Translations under genes and position numbers: made by a program
Assembly: GCA_964016885.1 (NCBI GenBank)
Contig: OZ024743.1
Coordinates: 22,754,001-22,818,000 of the forward strand
Direction: 5' to 3'
Length of the DNA: 64,000 bases
Origin: Eledone cirrhosa
Lineage: Eukaryota
Part shown: positions 1-13,306 of the stretch, one piece after another
Layout: every line of letters begins with the position of its first letter
How positions within the stretch are numbered: the stretch's first letter is position 1
Notes under the pieces: generated by a model
Seen by the model: only the letters and a program-made list of their open reading frames with translations
Database searches by the model: none
What the model was told of the DNA's origin: nothing

Positions 1-1374
1 TGCCAATGATACGGCTAGAGATGAGAATCTCTCTATATATATGTCATGGGTGTTAGATAGCCTTTCAGTGACTAGTAGATTTTCATCCTGCGTAGAGGCT
101 CCTTCGTTAGATTGCTTCATCTCTATTCGTATCATTGTCAAGTACAATGCATTAGTTACACTGTGTGGTCCTCCCTCTCATCCTTTGTATCGCTGCTGCA
201 ACTATATATATATATATATATATATAATATTTTACGAATAAACGATAACACTGCAGACAGCACGTTTGACGATGTTTACAACAACAATCAACAACAACAG
301 CATCAAAAGCAACAAGAATAACAACAAAAACATCAACATTTGCACGTACACAAACATTCTATTAAACGAAATTATTCCAAATCCAGCTCCAATTTCTTCA
401 TTTGTAAATAATATTACTGGAAGAAAGCGTTGATATGAAACATATCGAGGAGAAAGACATATGTCAGTTTTATGTCAATAAAGTGAACGTTTTACTGCCA
501 GAATCCATTACTCGAACACAAGAGCGAAGACAAGTTACACACCTGGTAAAAAAAAAAATAGAAACACCGAGAAACGGATGACATCCTACTAAATTGTGAG
601 TATGGCAACCAGATGGTGGCCGAAGGGCATCGGTGATTAATTTTGAAAAAGTCGAAAATCCCTCCTCCCCTAAAAAACAAAAACAGTTATGCAAAATGCA
701 ACTAGAGAGTACGAGGGGAATCTCTTATTTGATAAGGTGTCGAACTTCTGAAAAGTAGAACAGTTCTACTGACTTATTATATTTCATAGCTATTCAGAAT
801 ATCAATCAAAGATTCATCAATCTTAAACATAAAATACATTATCTACTTTCAGATCTTGAAGAATCACTCCGTTTTTATCCAAACCTCCGCCTCCGCTTAT
901 TAAATTTTGCTAATCTATCTCCAGGGAAATTTTATTGTAAGTGATTCATATCGATACAGCAGCTAGAAAATCTAATAATAATTTTATTTTACATTAAAAA
1001 AACCCATTATATATAACAAAAGAAGAACATTACAAGAAATCCCATAGTCACGAACGTATACTATACAATTACCGATCCTCCCACCCGTTTACTCAAACTT
1101 ATAAGAATTTAAGCAGATGTCCATCCCCCACCACCACTCCGGCCTATTCCAACCCCACCTATTATTTGGGACCCGAGAGTACAAATGAAATACATTTAGT
1201 GAAAAAACTACAATTGACTTCGACATTCATGTGATCACTTGAACCTGTTGTAACCATTATTTACGACATAAAGGCCGAGTATATGAAACCATGGCCTGAA
1301 ATTTATTCCAGGCTTACCCTATAAATATTAAACATGCGTGTGTATGTATGTGTGTGTGTGTGTGTGTGTATGTA

Positions 1375-1405
<31 letters not shown>

Positions 1406-1930
1406 TAAATGTAGTATAGTACTATAGTATAAATCAGTTAGCGCGGGGCCCGTTGCAAATACTACTTATACTAGTAGGTTAACCCGGCATTGTGTATATA
1501 TACTAGTGTAAATACAGATAGCTTATTGTTCAGGATGTTGCCCTCATGATAGTAAGGCCACGAGTTCAATTACTGGACCGGGTGTGGTTTTTGACCTTGA
1601 ACAATACAATTTATTTCACGTTATTCTTGGTAAGTCAACTGCCAAAAATGAGCCGTGCCGGTAATGGAAATGACCGAACTTTCTCTCTCTCTCTCTCTTT
1701 CCCTCACTCTCTCTCTCTCTCTATCTCTCTCTCTCCCTCTCTCTTTATATATATATATATACATAACAAGAACAATGATAATATATATATATATCTATCT
1801 ATATATTTATTAAAATAACAGATTAAAGTTTAAGCAAAGAATCGCTGCTTTCACCCTTAACGGGATCTTCTGAAACTAACAATTTGAATTTTTTGAAACT
1901 TTGGATTTTAGTCTTCAAATTTATTATTAT

Positions 1931-1968
<38 letters not shown>

Positions 1969-1972
<4 letters not shown>

Positions 1973-2370
1973 AGAATTCCGCTGCGTTCCGATTTGGAAG
2001 AATGTTGGCTTTTCTACGTTTAAATTCCCCAAGAACTACACTAATAGTGTACGTTCGTGGAATTCTCACCCCGTTTAATCGTTAATTTCACGATCTGGCT
2101 GTTCCATTCTTCGAACAGTTGGAATACACGTCGTCATAACCGAAATGTATGTGAGTGTAGAAATGCGAGAGAAGAAGTAGCGTTAAACATCTTTGAAATA
2201 TTAGCCATATGTTCATCTGCGTTCCGATCTGGAGGAGGGTGGGTTTCTCCAAGTGTAAGATACCCAAGACACGCCCTGTGCTTGAAAGGTGACCCTACGA
2301 CTCCACCAGGAGAGAAGTGCCCTTTACCATTTACTATCTTTACAGAAAACAATGATTCATCGGATAACTA
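1969..2370 (-). mobile_element. Probable PLE 3' UTR fragment with degenerate hammerhead (2071-2143)
   Basis: Abuts (TA)n; minus strand ATGACGA..cgt GAA ATT aac GAT T with a partial stem I. Confidence 0.3.
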
Positions 2371-2662
2371 TCGTGTACACGTGCACACACATACAGCTCA
2401 CATGCACGTATGTATAGAACATATGTATAGGTGCTTTGGGCAGATACAGACATGAGCTATTGACAATATATTAGATGGGCTGAAGGAAAGAAAGAAAGGA
2501 AAATGTGGAGAGCAAGAAAGACAGAAAGAAGTAAGGAAGGGCGGTAACCGGAAAGAAGAAAGAATGAATGAATTAGATATACGACGAAATTCATAAATAA
2601 ATACATAAATGGGTAAAGAAAGATCGGAAGAGAACAAAGGTTATAAGGGAGAAAGAGAGGGA

Positions 2663-2744
2663 GAAGAAGAAGAAGACGAAGAAGAAGAAGAAGAAGAAGA
2701 AGAAGAAGAAGAAGAAGAAGAAGAAGAAGAAGAAGAAGAAGAAG

Positions 2745-2774
<30 letters not shown>
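2663..2774. repeat. (GAA)n microsatellite (also 58902-59013)
   Basis: Direct observation. Confidence 0.95.
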
Positions 2775-2775
<1 letters not shown>

Positions 2776-3269
2776 CTAGTTGGCATACAGCTAAAAAAGA
2801 ATAACAAACAAAGAGAAATACATCAGAAAGGAAAATTAACGAAAAAAAGCAGAAAAAGTAAAGAAAAACTAGCAAAAGGAATGTTATTAAAGAAGCTGGC
2901 AAACTCCTTTTGTTTGTACAAACAATATCTACATGAATGTGTGTTTTACCTACATCATTGACAGACAATACCAAGAGGAAGAAGTGGGTTAGAGGTGGGG
3001 AAGTGGGGAAGAACAAGAAGGATTTACGGCTACGTTAAGATAAACAAAGACCAAGATGATGAGTACCATATCATCAACAGAAAATTATAACAACGATAAC
3101 AACAACGGTAACGTCAATAGCAACAACAGAAATAATAACAACAGAAACAATGGCAACAGCAGCAACGTCGACAGCAAAAACAACAACAAAAGTAACAAAG
3201 ATGAAGACAACAGTAACAAGGACAACGATAACAACAATGATAACATCAATACCAAGAACAACAGTAATA

Positions 3270-3715
3270 ATTCTTTCTACTTTTGGCACAAGGCCAGCAA
3301 TTATTCCAGTGCATTACTGGTACTTTTATTTTATCGACCCCGTAAGGATGAAAGGCAAAATTAACCTCGGCGGGATTTGAACTCAAACCGTAAAGGGCTG
3401 TAACTCTGTGCGTCAAAGTATGGTGTCCGACCCTCTACCGGTACTGCCAATCCAACGCCTTAACAGAAACAATAACAACAGCAGTAACACAAACAATAAT
3501 TGTTTCTTATATAGGCACAAGGCCAGCAATTTTGAGGGAGGGAAAGTCGATTAAATCGACCCCAGTGCGTGACTGGTACTTTATTTTATCAACCCCGTAA
3601 GGATGAAAGGCAAAGTTAACGTCGGCGGGATTTGAACTCAGAATGACAAGGGCCGTAACACCATGCGTCAAAGCATGGCGTCCGACCCTCTACCGATACT
3701 GCCAATCTGCCGCCA
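3270..3715 (-). mobile_element. Two tandem tRNA-derived SINEs (family D, Meta/MESC-like central domain)
   Basis: A box TGGCAGTATCGG, B box GTTCAAATCC, gcctttcatccttacggggtcgataaaataaagtaccag. Confidence 0.8.
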
Positions 3716-4013
3716 TAGTAACACAAACAATAATAACAACAAAAGCAACAACAACGACGACGACTACAGTAACGAGGACAACGATGACAACAACAACAAC
3801 AACAACAATGGTAATATGAATAGCACCAACAGCAGCAACAATAATAACAGTAACAATGACAACAACAGCAACATCAACAGCATTAACAACAACAACAACG
3901 ACGAAGACAACAGTTACAAGAACAAAGATAATAACAATGGCAATGACAATAACAACAACAACAGCAATAATAACAACAGAAACAATGACAACAAAAGTAA
4001 CGTAGACAGCAAT

Positions 4014-4051
<38 letters not shown>

Positions 4052-4226
4052 CGACGACTGCAGTAACTAGGACAATGGTGACAACAACAATAACCACAAC
4101 GATAACAACAACAACAACAACAACAACTATAACGACAACTACGACAACAACACTGGTAATATCAAAAGCAGCAACAACAGCAACAATAACAACAGTAACA
4201 TTGACAACAGCAGTAACATCAACAGC

Positions 4227-4264
<38 letters not shown>

Positions 4265-4590
4265 AAGTAATAACAAAGTCGACGACTACAGTAAAACAGA
4301 TCAACGATGACAGCCACAATGACCACAACGATAACAACAACAACAACAACAACTATGACGACAGCTACGACAACAACAACAGCAACGGTCACATCAATAG
4401 CAACAATAACAACAGTAACAACAACAAAAGCAATAACAACGACGACGACTACAGTAACTAGTCAACGATGACAGCAACAATGACCACGACGATAACAACA
4501 ACAACAACGACAATAACAACGATAACAACAAAAACAACTACGACAACAAACAACGATAACGACGACAACGACTTTAACAACAACAACTTG
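3715..4590. repeat. Degenerate (AAC)n microsatellite with internal higher-order duplication
   Basis: Poly-Asn/Thr ORFs; gacgactacagtaa recurs several times. Confidence 0.9.
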
Positions 4591-4812
4591 AAATCTCCAT
4601 TGAACCAGAACATAAATAAATTAGAAAAGGAAAATTAAATGAAGGACAAATTGGATGATGCGAGTGAATGAGTCAAGGGAAGGCTGTTTTCACCATAGAC
4701 TTGGTTGATAGCCGCTGTTGTCTGTAATGTATGAACACATGACGATAGCGAAAAGGACGGCTTCGTTGTTCGGCGTTCAACTCGGTTATGTTCGGTTGTT
4801 GTCACTTTAATG

Positions 4813-5100
4813 CAGTCATGGACAACCTGCAGCCCGCGAAGCCTTCTCAATGGCTCGCCTATGCCACCCAAATGAAATCTTTCTGATTTTTTTTACCCTA
4901 ACTTTTCAGTCGTAATTTGTTTCTATCATTTTTACGATCGAGGAAAGCAACGTGTACGAATTGTGAAGAAACAAATTGAAACAACCTGAGTCACCGCCCT
5001 TTTTTTAATGTGGGCACGAATGTAAATTAGCCTTTGCGGCCCGCCTGGTGATGAGCGATGACTCATGTGGCCCGCTTCTCGAAAAGGTTGCCCATGCCTG
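4813..5100. mobile_element. hAT-type MITE
   Basis: TIRs cagtcatggacaacct / aggttgcccatgcctg, 8-bp TSD ctttaatg/ctttaata, subterminal ggcccgc motifs. Confidence 0.75.
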
Positions 5101-5334
5101 CTTTAATATTTGCAGACATTGTCTCGAAATGTTAATGCTTCACGCCATGAAACCGGGATAAGCACCGGCCAAATGAGCCTTCTGGCTTAAGACATACTTT
5201 AGACGTTTTTAGCTTACATATATCAGCATAGACCCGCAACTGGTGCAACCACTCTAGACACTTCTGAAGTCAGCCGTTGCCACTGGTCTCTATACTCCGT
5301 TACGCATATATACATACACACATACATACATAAA

Positions 5335-5687
5335 TACATGATGATGGCTGCCCCCTCGTTATCGAGTATGGCCATTGTACGATATACCATTATTAATAAT
5401 TACGATATACCATTATTACGGGGTCGATAAAATAAAGTACCAGTAATGTACTGGGTAATTGCTGGCCTTGTGCCTAAAATAGAAACAATTAATAATTATT
5501 AATTAATTCTATCGTGCAATGCCTGATATTTTTTTAAATGAGGAAAGACTGTGCACTGAACCAATCCCACTCTCTGAGCGACAGTAGCTATAACCCGAAA
5601 CGAAGAAAATATCAACATCATCGGTAACTACTGAGCCACCAGGTTTTATATCGGAGTTATCCCAGTTTCCTGAGTTGCCCTCTCCTA
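5335..5687 (-). mobile_element. RTE-related non-autonomous element, type C2 (interrupted by a SINE piece at 5418-5490)
   Basis: Reverse complement of 11395-11652; (TATG)n tail. Confidence 0.7.
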
Positions 5688-5694
5688 TACATAC

Positions 5695-6075
5695 ATACAT
5701 GGTGGCTGCCAACTCGTTTTCGAGTACGGCCACTACTTTATATCCATGTAGGAAAACCCCTACCGATGCGCTGAACGAGTGTGGCTTTTTAGTCCAGCCA
5801 GCGACTTGAAAACTCTGGTACAAACACTACACTTGTGACAATTATTGACACATAGTGCTGGGCCCATGGTACCATGTGACAACAAGTGCAGAGAGCTCTC
5901 CAGATATAAAGCAATGCCTGTGCCGTTTTATAGTGAGCAAAGGCACTGCACAAAGCCAGATGATATTTACCAAAAAGAAGAACAAGTCAACATTATTGGA
6001 TACCATCAGGGTTGCAGGTGTTATATCAGAGTTTTCCTTCTCCTAGAATTCTGCCTTGACAAAGGCTAAGGGGTC
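5695..6075 (-). mobile_element. RTE-related non-autonomous element, type C1
   Basis: RTE 5'UTR-like motif ctaggagaaggaaaactctga; 3' end gaaaacgagttggcagccacc-(atgt)n. Confidence 0.7.
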
Positions 6076-6137
6076 ATACATACATACATACATACATACA
6101 TACATACATACATACATACATACATACATACATTCAT

Positions 6138-6262
6138 GTATGTTAATACGGTGTCCCTACAACTCTATAAGGAGTTACCGGACCATACATATATACATAC
6201 ATGTATGTATGTATGGTTCCGTAACTCCTTATAGAGTTGTAGGGACACCGGTATTAACATAC
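6138..6262. repeat. 125-bp near-perfect palindrome centred on a (TACA)/(TGTA) switch
   Basis: gtgtccctacaactctataaggagttac / gtaactccttatagagttgtagggacac. Confidence 0.85.
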
Positions 6263-7016
6263 GGCGTTTCTTGGGCATTTTTAACCTCGCGGAGCCCATC
6301 CCTTCCAGAGAGAGGAAGAATCGACTCCAGTATTAGACTGGTACTCTTTCTATCGACCTTGAAAGAATGAAAGTCAAAGTTAACTTCAGCGGGATTTGAA
6401 TTCAGAGAGCAGAGAGTCAGAACGAATGCCATAAAACATTCTATCCGACGTTTTAACGACTCCTACATACATGCAAACATACATATATCATTAAGACGTT
6501 TTAATAACGATATGCAGGTAATACACCTATACGCTATTTCACTGTCCTTCACCTGAATTGTTTATACATATAGTCTGGAATCATTTTCAATTATGGCTTT
6601 AATAATGTTTTTTTTTCTCTCTTATAATGATCACCATGCTATCATTGTTTACCGATAGAATCTTGTTTACCTGATTATTAATAAATGTATTAGACAATCA
6701 TATCGTTTGTTATCCAAGTATGCGTATAATCGTTACTTGTTGTTCAAGGGTGAATTTCCCATTTACCAAAAATAAAGAGAACAATACAGCAATAGAGTTG
6801 TTAATATTTAATGCTTGGGTTAAGAATACTTTAGCCATAAAGAAATTCTTTATGTGTTGCTATGGTACAAAGAGACTTTTTGTACCTCTCTTTTGTCGTT
6901 TCCTTGAACTATATATATAGAGAGATAAATAAAGATATATATATATATAGAGAGAGAGAGGGGGGAAGAGAGAGAGAGAGTGAGAGAGAGATGGAGATGA
7001 ATATATATATATATAT

Positions 7017-7359
7017 AAAATATGAGGAGAATAGGATTGGCTGTGTAGTTGCTAGAGAAGGTAGGCTTAAAATTGGAATGAGAATAACAAGGAAGCAAGA
7101 ACGAGGTGTGGGGGGGGGGGGGATTTCCTCATCAGTTTTTTACTGGGGTTCTCGGATATTTCAACGCTTTAAAGACAATATATCTACCCCTAGAGCGTTC
7201 TCCGTTTTCCCAATAACTTACCCAGTTATTGAATTCTCTGGGGGTAGATATATTGTCTTTAAAGCGTTAAAATATCCGAGACCCCAGTAGACAACTGATG
7301 AGGAACCTCCCTCCCCCCGTTCTTGCTTTCTTCTTATTCTAATTCCAATTTTAAGCCTA
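7017..7359 (-). mobile_element. Fold-back PLE-like element in (TA)n
   Basis: Inverted arms 7062-7195 / 7236-7359, a 45-nt unpaired tail on the left, GAA ATAT C half-hammerhead. Confidence 0.65.
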
Positions 7360-8159
7360 TATATATATATATATATATATATACATTTATGCATACATAC
7401 AAACATACATATATATATATGACAAACGTATGTTTGTATATATACAGTATCGAGGTAACCGAGACTGTGTAGATTCGTGTAAAAGTTTACATATATTTAG
7501 TATATAGACATGAAAACTTTCCATCTAGATGTATATTCCTAAATTGCGAAAATGATAATTAATTTTAACTTTGGTTTCTCATCAGAAAGATGTATGTAAT
7601 TTAAACAACCACAATGATATATGTCATTGAGGGGTTTATGTAAATTAAATGGACGTATTAATTTGCATATTATTAACGCACGTGTTGGTAGTTAATTAAG
7701 ATATATATTAAGTTGTGCGATTCATGTATATCTGAATTAACTACATTCATAATGGCTATTTTCTTTGCATAACAGTGATAATAACGGGCATAGCTGGTTG
7801 GCAGTAGCTGTGTAGGAAAGGACCTCTCGAACCCACGTAACAATGGAAAAATTGATGTACATAACAACTAGTCTTGCTTGGAGATCTTGCTAAATCATTT
7901 GGAGCTGGTTGTGTCCAATAGGACCCGTTAGATAGCGTGTCTGAGGACTTGGTTTCTAAGACCCTCACAAGAATATGTGGGGCAAGAAGAAAAAGACAAA
8001 TGCTGATTTCGTTCAACATATTCAGGAAAATGGCGAAACACTTTTGTTTGCAAATACTGTTATACTTTTGTAGCTTTACGTGGCTATGTAGAAACCAGAA
8101 ATAAGTATAATTGTATGAACACCATTCCTACATATCGTGTATTGTGATCTCAGAAGGAA

Positions 8160-8445
8160 TAACTGCTTAATGGTAAATATATTCAGCTCACAGTCATACC
8201 GTCGTGACCGGGTGATGCGTTGTGTCCTTCAGTAAGACGCTTTATTTCACGTTACCCCAATCCACTCAGCGGGCAAAAATGGTATTCTAAAAGCCAGCTT
8301 TGTCACATATTTGTCACGCTGAATCTTGCCGGGAACTATATTAACGTGTAAATGCTCAACCATTTACACGTTTATTTCACTAGCAGGCAGTTCTGTTGAT
8401 TGAATCCACTGGAACACTCGCAGTTGGAACTGAAAGAAGTCCATC
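8160..8445 (+). mobile_element. CORE-type tRNA SINE (older copies/fragments at ~1520-1680, 11718-11808, 34030-34312, 49540-49662)
   Basis: gcgttgtgtccttcagtaagacgctttatttcacgtt..ccactcagc CORE-like domain. Confidence 0.65.
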
Positions 8446-9153
8446 CTTCTATGTAGAACATATATTTCTGGTAAGGATTATTTAGAATTATTTATCAAAT
8501 ACATTATGAATAAATGATAGTCTTGCTTACATCTCCTATATCTACTTCAACGTCTTCCTAAGTATTTTTTCTCGTTAGATAAGTTTACAGAATTTAATAT
8601 TATTATTTTTTTTACAAAAAAACTTTCAGGTAATTCTATAATAATTTTGTTAGCCAATATCACGTATTTCCTGTTTTCGCATATTTCTAATAAGAATGTG
8701 CTTAGATTAATTTATTACAAACTTTATGTATAAATGATAGTTTTGGCTTAATGTCTTTTATTTTATTTCTCTTTAAATATGTTTTCGGTTATATTTTTAT
8801 TATTAAGCACACTAAGGTATTTCTATAATAATTCTGTTAGGTAAATCTATACCTTCAATAATATAACTGCGGTTGAATAAGTTATGAATTAATTCTCCCA
8901 GCGATAGTTTTTATATTGTTTAATAATTCATTTTTATGTATTTATGATGGCTCCTCGTTTACTTTTTCTCTCTCTCTCCTCTCTCCATCTCTTGTTCTCT
9001 CTCTCTCTCTCTTCTATCGTTCTCTCTCACTCTCTCTCTCTCTTTCCCTTCTCTATCGGTATCTCTCACGCACACAAACTAATATATATATATATATATA
9101 TATATACATTATATATATTGGACGGATAGGTGTCCTCATCTTGTTTTGTTGTT

Positions 9154-9199
9154 AACACAACGTTTCGGCTGATGTACTCTCGGCCTTCATCAGGTGTCC
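9154..9199 (-). ncRNA. Minimal type I hammerhead ribozyme
   Basis: gacac CTGATGA aggc..gcc GAA ACGT T gtgtt; stem I gacac/gtgtt, palindromic stem III ACGT. Confidence 0.8.
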
Positions 9200-9343
9200 T
9201 AGTGATGTTATTATTAACGTTTGTTCAGGTCACTGCCTAGAATTGTACTCGGAATTTTGAGGTTGGTAGCCCGCATTTTAACCACTTTTTTTTTCTTCCG
9301 TGATTCTTTTTTTTTCTTTTTTTTTTTTAGGGTTATAAACTGA

Positions 9344-9880
9344 TCATTTTCTATCCTTCCTCAATACCGGTTCCCATATACTACTCATATCTGCACTAGG
9401 TCTGCTTAGGAGGTTATTGTGTCCTAGCATATGTGCTGCCACTTTTAGTTTTCGTGTTTTCAAGTGGTGTTCTCTGTCTATTATTTTAACTTCATCCCAC
9501 AGAGGAAGGTGGTTTCCGTTTTTCCATACATGATCAGCTATACCCGTTTTATCGATCTCTCCTCGTGTCACAGCTTTACGATGTTCTTCTACCCTTATTT
9601 TGAGGGGGCAGCCTGTTTCGCTGTATAACCTATCACAACTGCCTGGGATGGAGTACACGCAGTTTTTCGTCATATTCTCTTCTATTGGCGGTTCTACTCG
9701 AAGGAGATATTTGCGAAGAGTTGTATTACTCTTGAATACTGTCCTGATGTCATATGGACTGCATATCTTTTGTATCTTTTCCGAGAGGCCTTTTACACAG
9801 GGTAGGCAGACTGTGGTCAATTTGGGGGTTTCATCCTTTCTCCCCTTCCTAATTGGAGTGGATAGTATTTTTTTGGATAG
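9344..9880 (-). pseudogene. PLE linker + GIY-YIG endonuclease (degenerate)
   Basis: LPCVKGLSEKIQKI...NCVYSIPGSCDRLYSETGCPLKIRVEEH...IADHVWKNGNH..WDEVKIIDRE matches the PLE pattern VYxIPCxCxxxYxGET...RxxEH; the 5' end of the ORF is a junction artefact. Confidence 0.85.
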
Positions 9881-9913
9881 GGTCAACCTACAGTAGCTCC
9901 GCGTTTTTTTTCC

Positions 9914-10188
9914 TGGACGATACCTCAACTACAATTCCCACCATCCATGCAGTGTAAAGAGAGGGATGGTTCAGTGCCTAAAACATCGAGCAAAGAATAG
10001 AAGTAGCGATCCTGATACACACCACGAAGAAATGATCAAGCTAAGTAACAATTTGTTAAGCAACAACTATCCAAAAAAAATACTATCCACTCCAATTAGG
10101 AAGGGGAGAAAGGATGAAACCCCCAAATTGACCACAGTCTGCCTACCCTGTGTAAAAGGCCTCTCGTAAAAGATACAAAAGATATGCA
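9914..10188 (+). pseudogene. PLE RT thumb/linker fragment (inverted)
   Basis: GRYLNYNSHHPCSVKRGMVQCLKHRAKNRSS..NNYP is the PLE thumb motif; the last ~120 bp duplicate ~9760-9878 in inverted orientation and carry an in-frame TAA. Confidence 0.8.
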
Positions 10189-10575
10189 GGAGAAGGAAAA
10201 GTGATATAACACCTGCAACCCTGATGGTATCCAATGATGTTGACTTGTTCTTCTTTTTGGTAAATATCATCTTGGTAAAGAGAGTGGGACTGGCTTTGTG
10301 CAGTGCCTTTGCTCACAATAAAAGCTTCACGGCACAGGCTTTGCTTTATATCTGGAGATCTCTCTGCACTTGTCGTCACATGGTACCATGGGCCCAGCAT
10401 TATGTATCAATAATTGTCACAAGTGTAGTGTTTGTACCAGAGTTTTCAAGTCGCTTGCTGGACTAAAAAGTCACACTCGTTCAGCCCATCGGTAGGGGTT
10501 CTGCTACATGGATATAAAGTAGTGGCCGTACTCGAAAACGAGTTGGCAGCCACCATGTGTATGTATGTATGTATG
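10189..10575 (+). mobile_element. RTE-related non-autonomous element, type C1
   Basis: Reverse complement of 5695-6043; directly abuts the PLE inverted segment. Confidence 0.75.
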
Positions 10576-10956
10576 GTTTTATAATTTTATAAAATTTTAC
10601 CAATAGAGTGAGAGTCAGTTTCTAACATAGTTACAAGACTCTTTCATTGAAATTTACACATCAACTAGGTAGATATGTTTGCATGTCTGCATGCATGCAT
10701 GTGTGTGTGTGTGTGTGTGCAGGTATGGATGTTAATATATGGGTGGATGTGTATGTTTTGAGTTATATGTGTGCATTTGCATATGATTTATATCTGTACA
10801 TGTGTTATCTGTAGATGCAGTTATTAGATGCAGAATTTTTGGAATGTGTATGTATGCATGTATATATGTATGTACGTATATAGGCATGTATGTATGTATG
10901 TAGATAGGTATGCATGCATGTATGTGTGTATGTATGTATATATGCATGCATGTATG

Positions 10957-11007
<51 letters not shown>

Positions 11008-11113
11008 GCATCTGTAAATGAATCTATGTTTGTATTTGTGTGTGTATGTTCATCAATAGAGAAGGGGCAATGCTTTTGAACTCAATATGATACTCACATA
11101 TGTATGTATGTAT

Positions 11114-11715
11114 GTTTGTCGGGTCACTCTTGAGTGCTACTGGTAACATGGAACCCAGTACAACATGTCGCATGGTCGGGTCGTCGGCGACTAAAGCGGC
11201 AACCCCACCAAGTTTACTTGGTGAGGAGGGTGATTTTAGACACTGCAGGGCAAAAAGCAAAACCTGACAAAGGGCGGAAGAACCCATAAGAGTCAACGGC
11301 CATCCGAAAGTGTGTAAATATGTATATAGACATGTACCGCGCAGTAAACCACTGGGAGTGAAGGACCTCTAGTCTTTGTCAGGGCATTCTTCTAGGAGAA
11401 GGCAACTCAGGAAACTGGGATAACTCCGATATAATACCTGTGGCTCAGTAGTTACCGATGATGTTGATCTTTTCTTCTTTTCGGGTTATAGCTACTGTCG
11501 CTCAGAGAGTGGGATTGGCTCAGTGCACAGTCTTTCCTCACTTTAAAAAATATTCGTCACGCACAGCCATTGCATGATAGAATTGATTAATACTTATTAA
11601 AAATGGTATATCGTGCAATGGCTATACTCGATAACGAGGGGGCAGCCATCATGTATGTATGTATGTATGTATGTATGTATGTATGTATGTATGTATGTAT
11701 GTATGTATGTATGTA
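11114..11715 (+). mobile_element. RTE-related non-autonomous element, type C2, apparently full length
   Basis: Structured 5' region, ctaggagaaggcaactc motif, (TATG)n tail, inserted in (TATG)n. Confidence 0.7.
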
Positions 11716-13185
11716 TATAAGGTCGTTATTTCAATTCTCAGACCGGGTTGTGTCCTTCAGCAAGACACCTAATTTCAAGTTGCTTCAGTTCACTCCCATG
11801 GCTTAAATGTGTTGTACGCGGGCGTATGTGTATGTATGTATATATGTATATATGTGTATGTGTGTGTGCGTATACATGTATATATGTGTATGTATGTATG
11901 TGTACGAGCGTGTGTGTGTGTGTCTGTGTAGATTTGTTCGTAAACTGGGAAATATGACTCTCGAATATTCTCCATATAACAAGTCTCAGCAAAAGATTAT
12001 ACAAATTGCTCTCATAAAGCAGACCTCTAGTTAATAGTATTTATAATACGTAACTTTCAAAATCGGTAGCGCTGCAGAATCGAAAATGTGTTGAATACTT
12101 TGTAGTATTTAGGTGTGTCCATTTAATGTCTAAATGAAGCGAACTTGCAGTATTCAATACCTAGTTCAAATCCAATTTCGGCATTTCTTTATGTAATTGG
12201 ATAGAAAAGTTTATTTTCTCTGTCATTCCCCCCCCCTCTATCTCACTATCTTTCTCCCTCTTTCTCCCCCTCTATCTCATTATCTTTCTCTCTCTTACTC
12301 CCTCTCTATCTCACTATCTTTCACTCCCTTACTCCCCCTCTCTCTCACTATCTTTCGATCTCTTACTCCTCCTCCCTCCCTTTCTCTCTCTTTTCCTTGT
12401 GCTCTTTTGTCTCTCGTTTTTTCATTCTTTTATTTTTCTTTACTTTCTTTAATCGTCTTTCCTTTTTCCTTCTCTATTTCTTTTTATACCCTATCTATCT
12501 TTCTTTTTTCTTTCTTTCTTTTACTTTCTCTCATTCTTCATTATTTCTTTACATTTCGTTCTCTTTCTTTCTTTAACTCCCTTTATGTTTTATCTATCTT
12601 ATGAAACATTCTTTCCTTCTTTATTTATTTATTTATTTTTCTTCTTTCCCATTATTTCTTTTTTTACCTTAGTTTCTTTCATCTTTCTTCACTATAATAT
12701 ATTTCAATAGTTTTCCTTCTTTCAATCTTTTTTCTTTCAATTTAAGATGTTTGTTTGATATTTAATTATTTCGTTCTTACTTTATTCCTTCACTTATTTT
12801 TCATTTGTTCATTTGTTCATTTGTTCATTTGTTCATTTGTTCATTTGTACATATCTATATATATTATGTTTTCCTTTTAATGTGATTCTTCACATCTCCT
12901 TTCCTTTTCTCTTTCTTTGCCCTGTCTATTTCTTTCTCTCTTTCTATTTGTTCACTCTAACATGTAAATTTCCAACACAATCATCATCAAAGCATTTTGT
13001 GCAACTATCTAAGCATATTTTTTCTAACATCTCTCAACCAAACATTTTATGAACGTATGAGCTTCGGACGGCATTCATTTTATTTTTCTTAGATTTTTTC
13101 TTTTCGTTATTTTTGATCGAGAGTTAATCACACACATACATACATATACACACACACCCATACGCATACACACACACACACACAC

Positions 13186-13267
<82 letters not shown>

Positions 13268-13271
13268 GTAT

Positions 13272-13305
<34 letters not shown>

Positions 13306-13306
<1 letters not shown>

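Larger units (their letters stand above)
9120..10188 (-). mobile_element. Penelope-like retroelement (Poseidon/Penelope-like), 5'-truncated with an inverted 5' segment
   Basis: Minus-strand GIY-YIG endonuclease, 3' hammerhead at 9154-9199, and a plus-strand PLE RT-thumb segment 9914-10188; ends next to a (TA)n tract. Confidence 0.9.

Noticed and set aside
44-202. TA-flanked insert with tattc..tgtcaagtac resembling the 3' hairpin
   Set aside because: Pairing too degraded to count
980-1260. Possible LINE 3' UTR on the minus strand (similar impression at 61090-61320)
   Set aside because: Compositional impression only; no diagnostic motif
3056-4461. Asn-, Thr- and Val-rich ORFs
   Set aside because: (AAC)n microsatellite interrupted by SINEs
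7270-7300. CTGATGA as a complete hammerhead core
   Set aside because: It lies downstream of the GAAA half and I could not close the three stems
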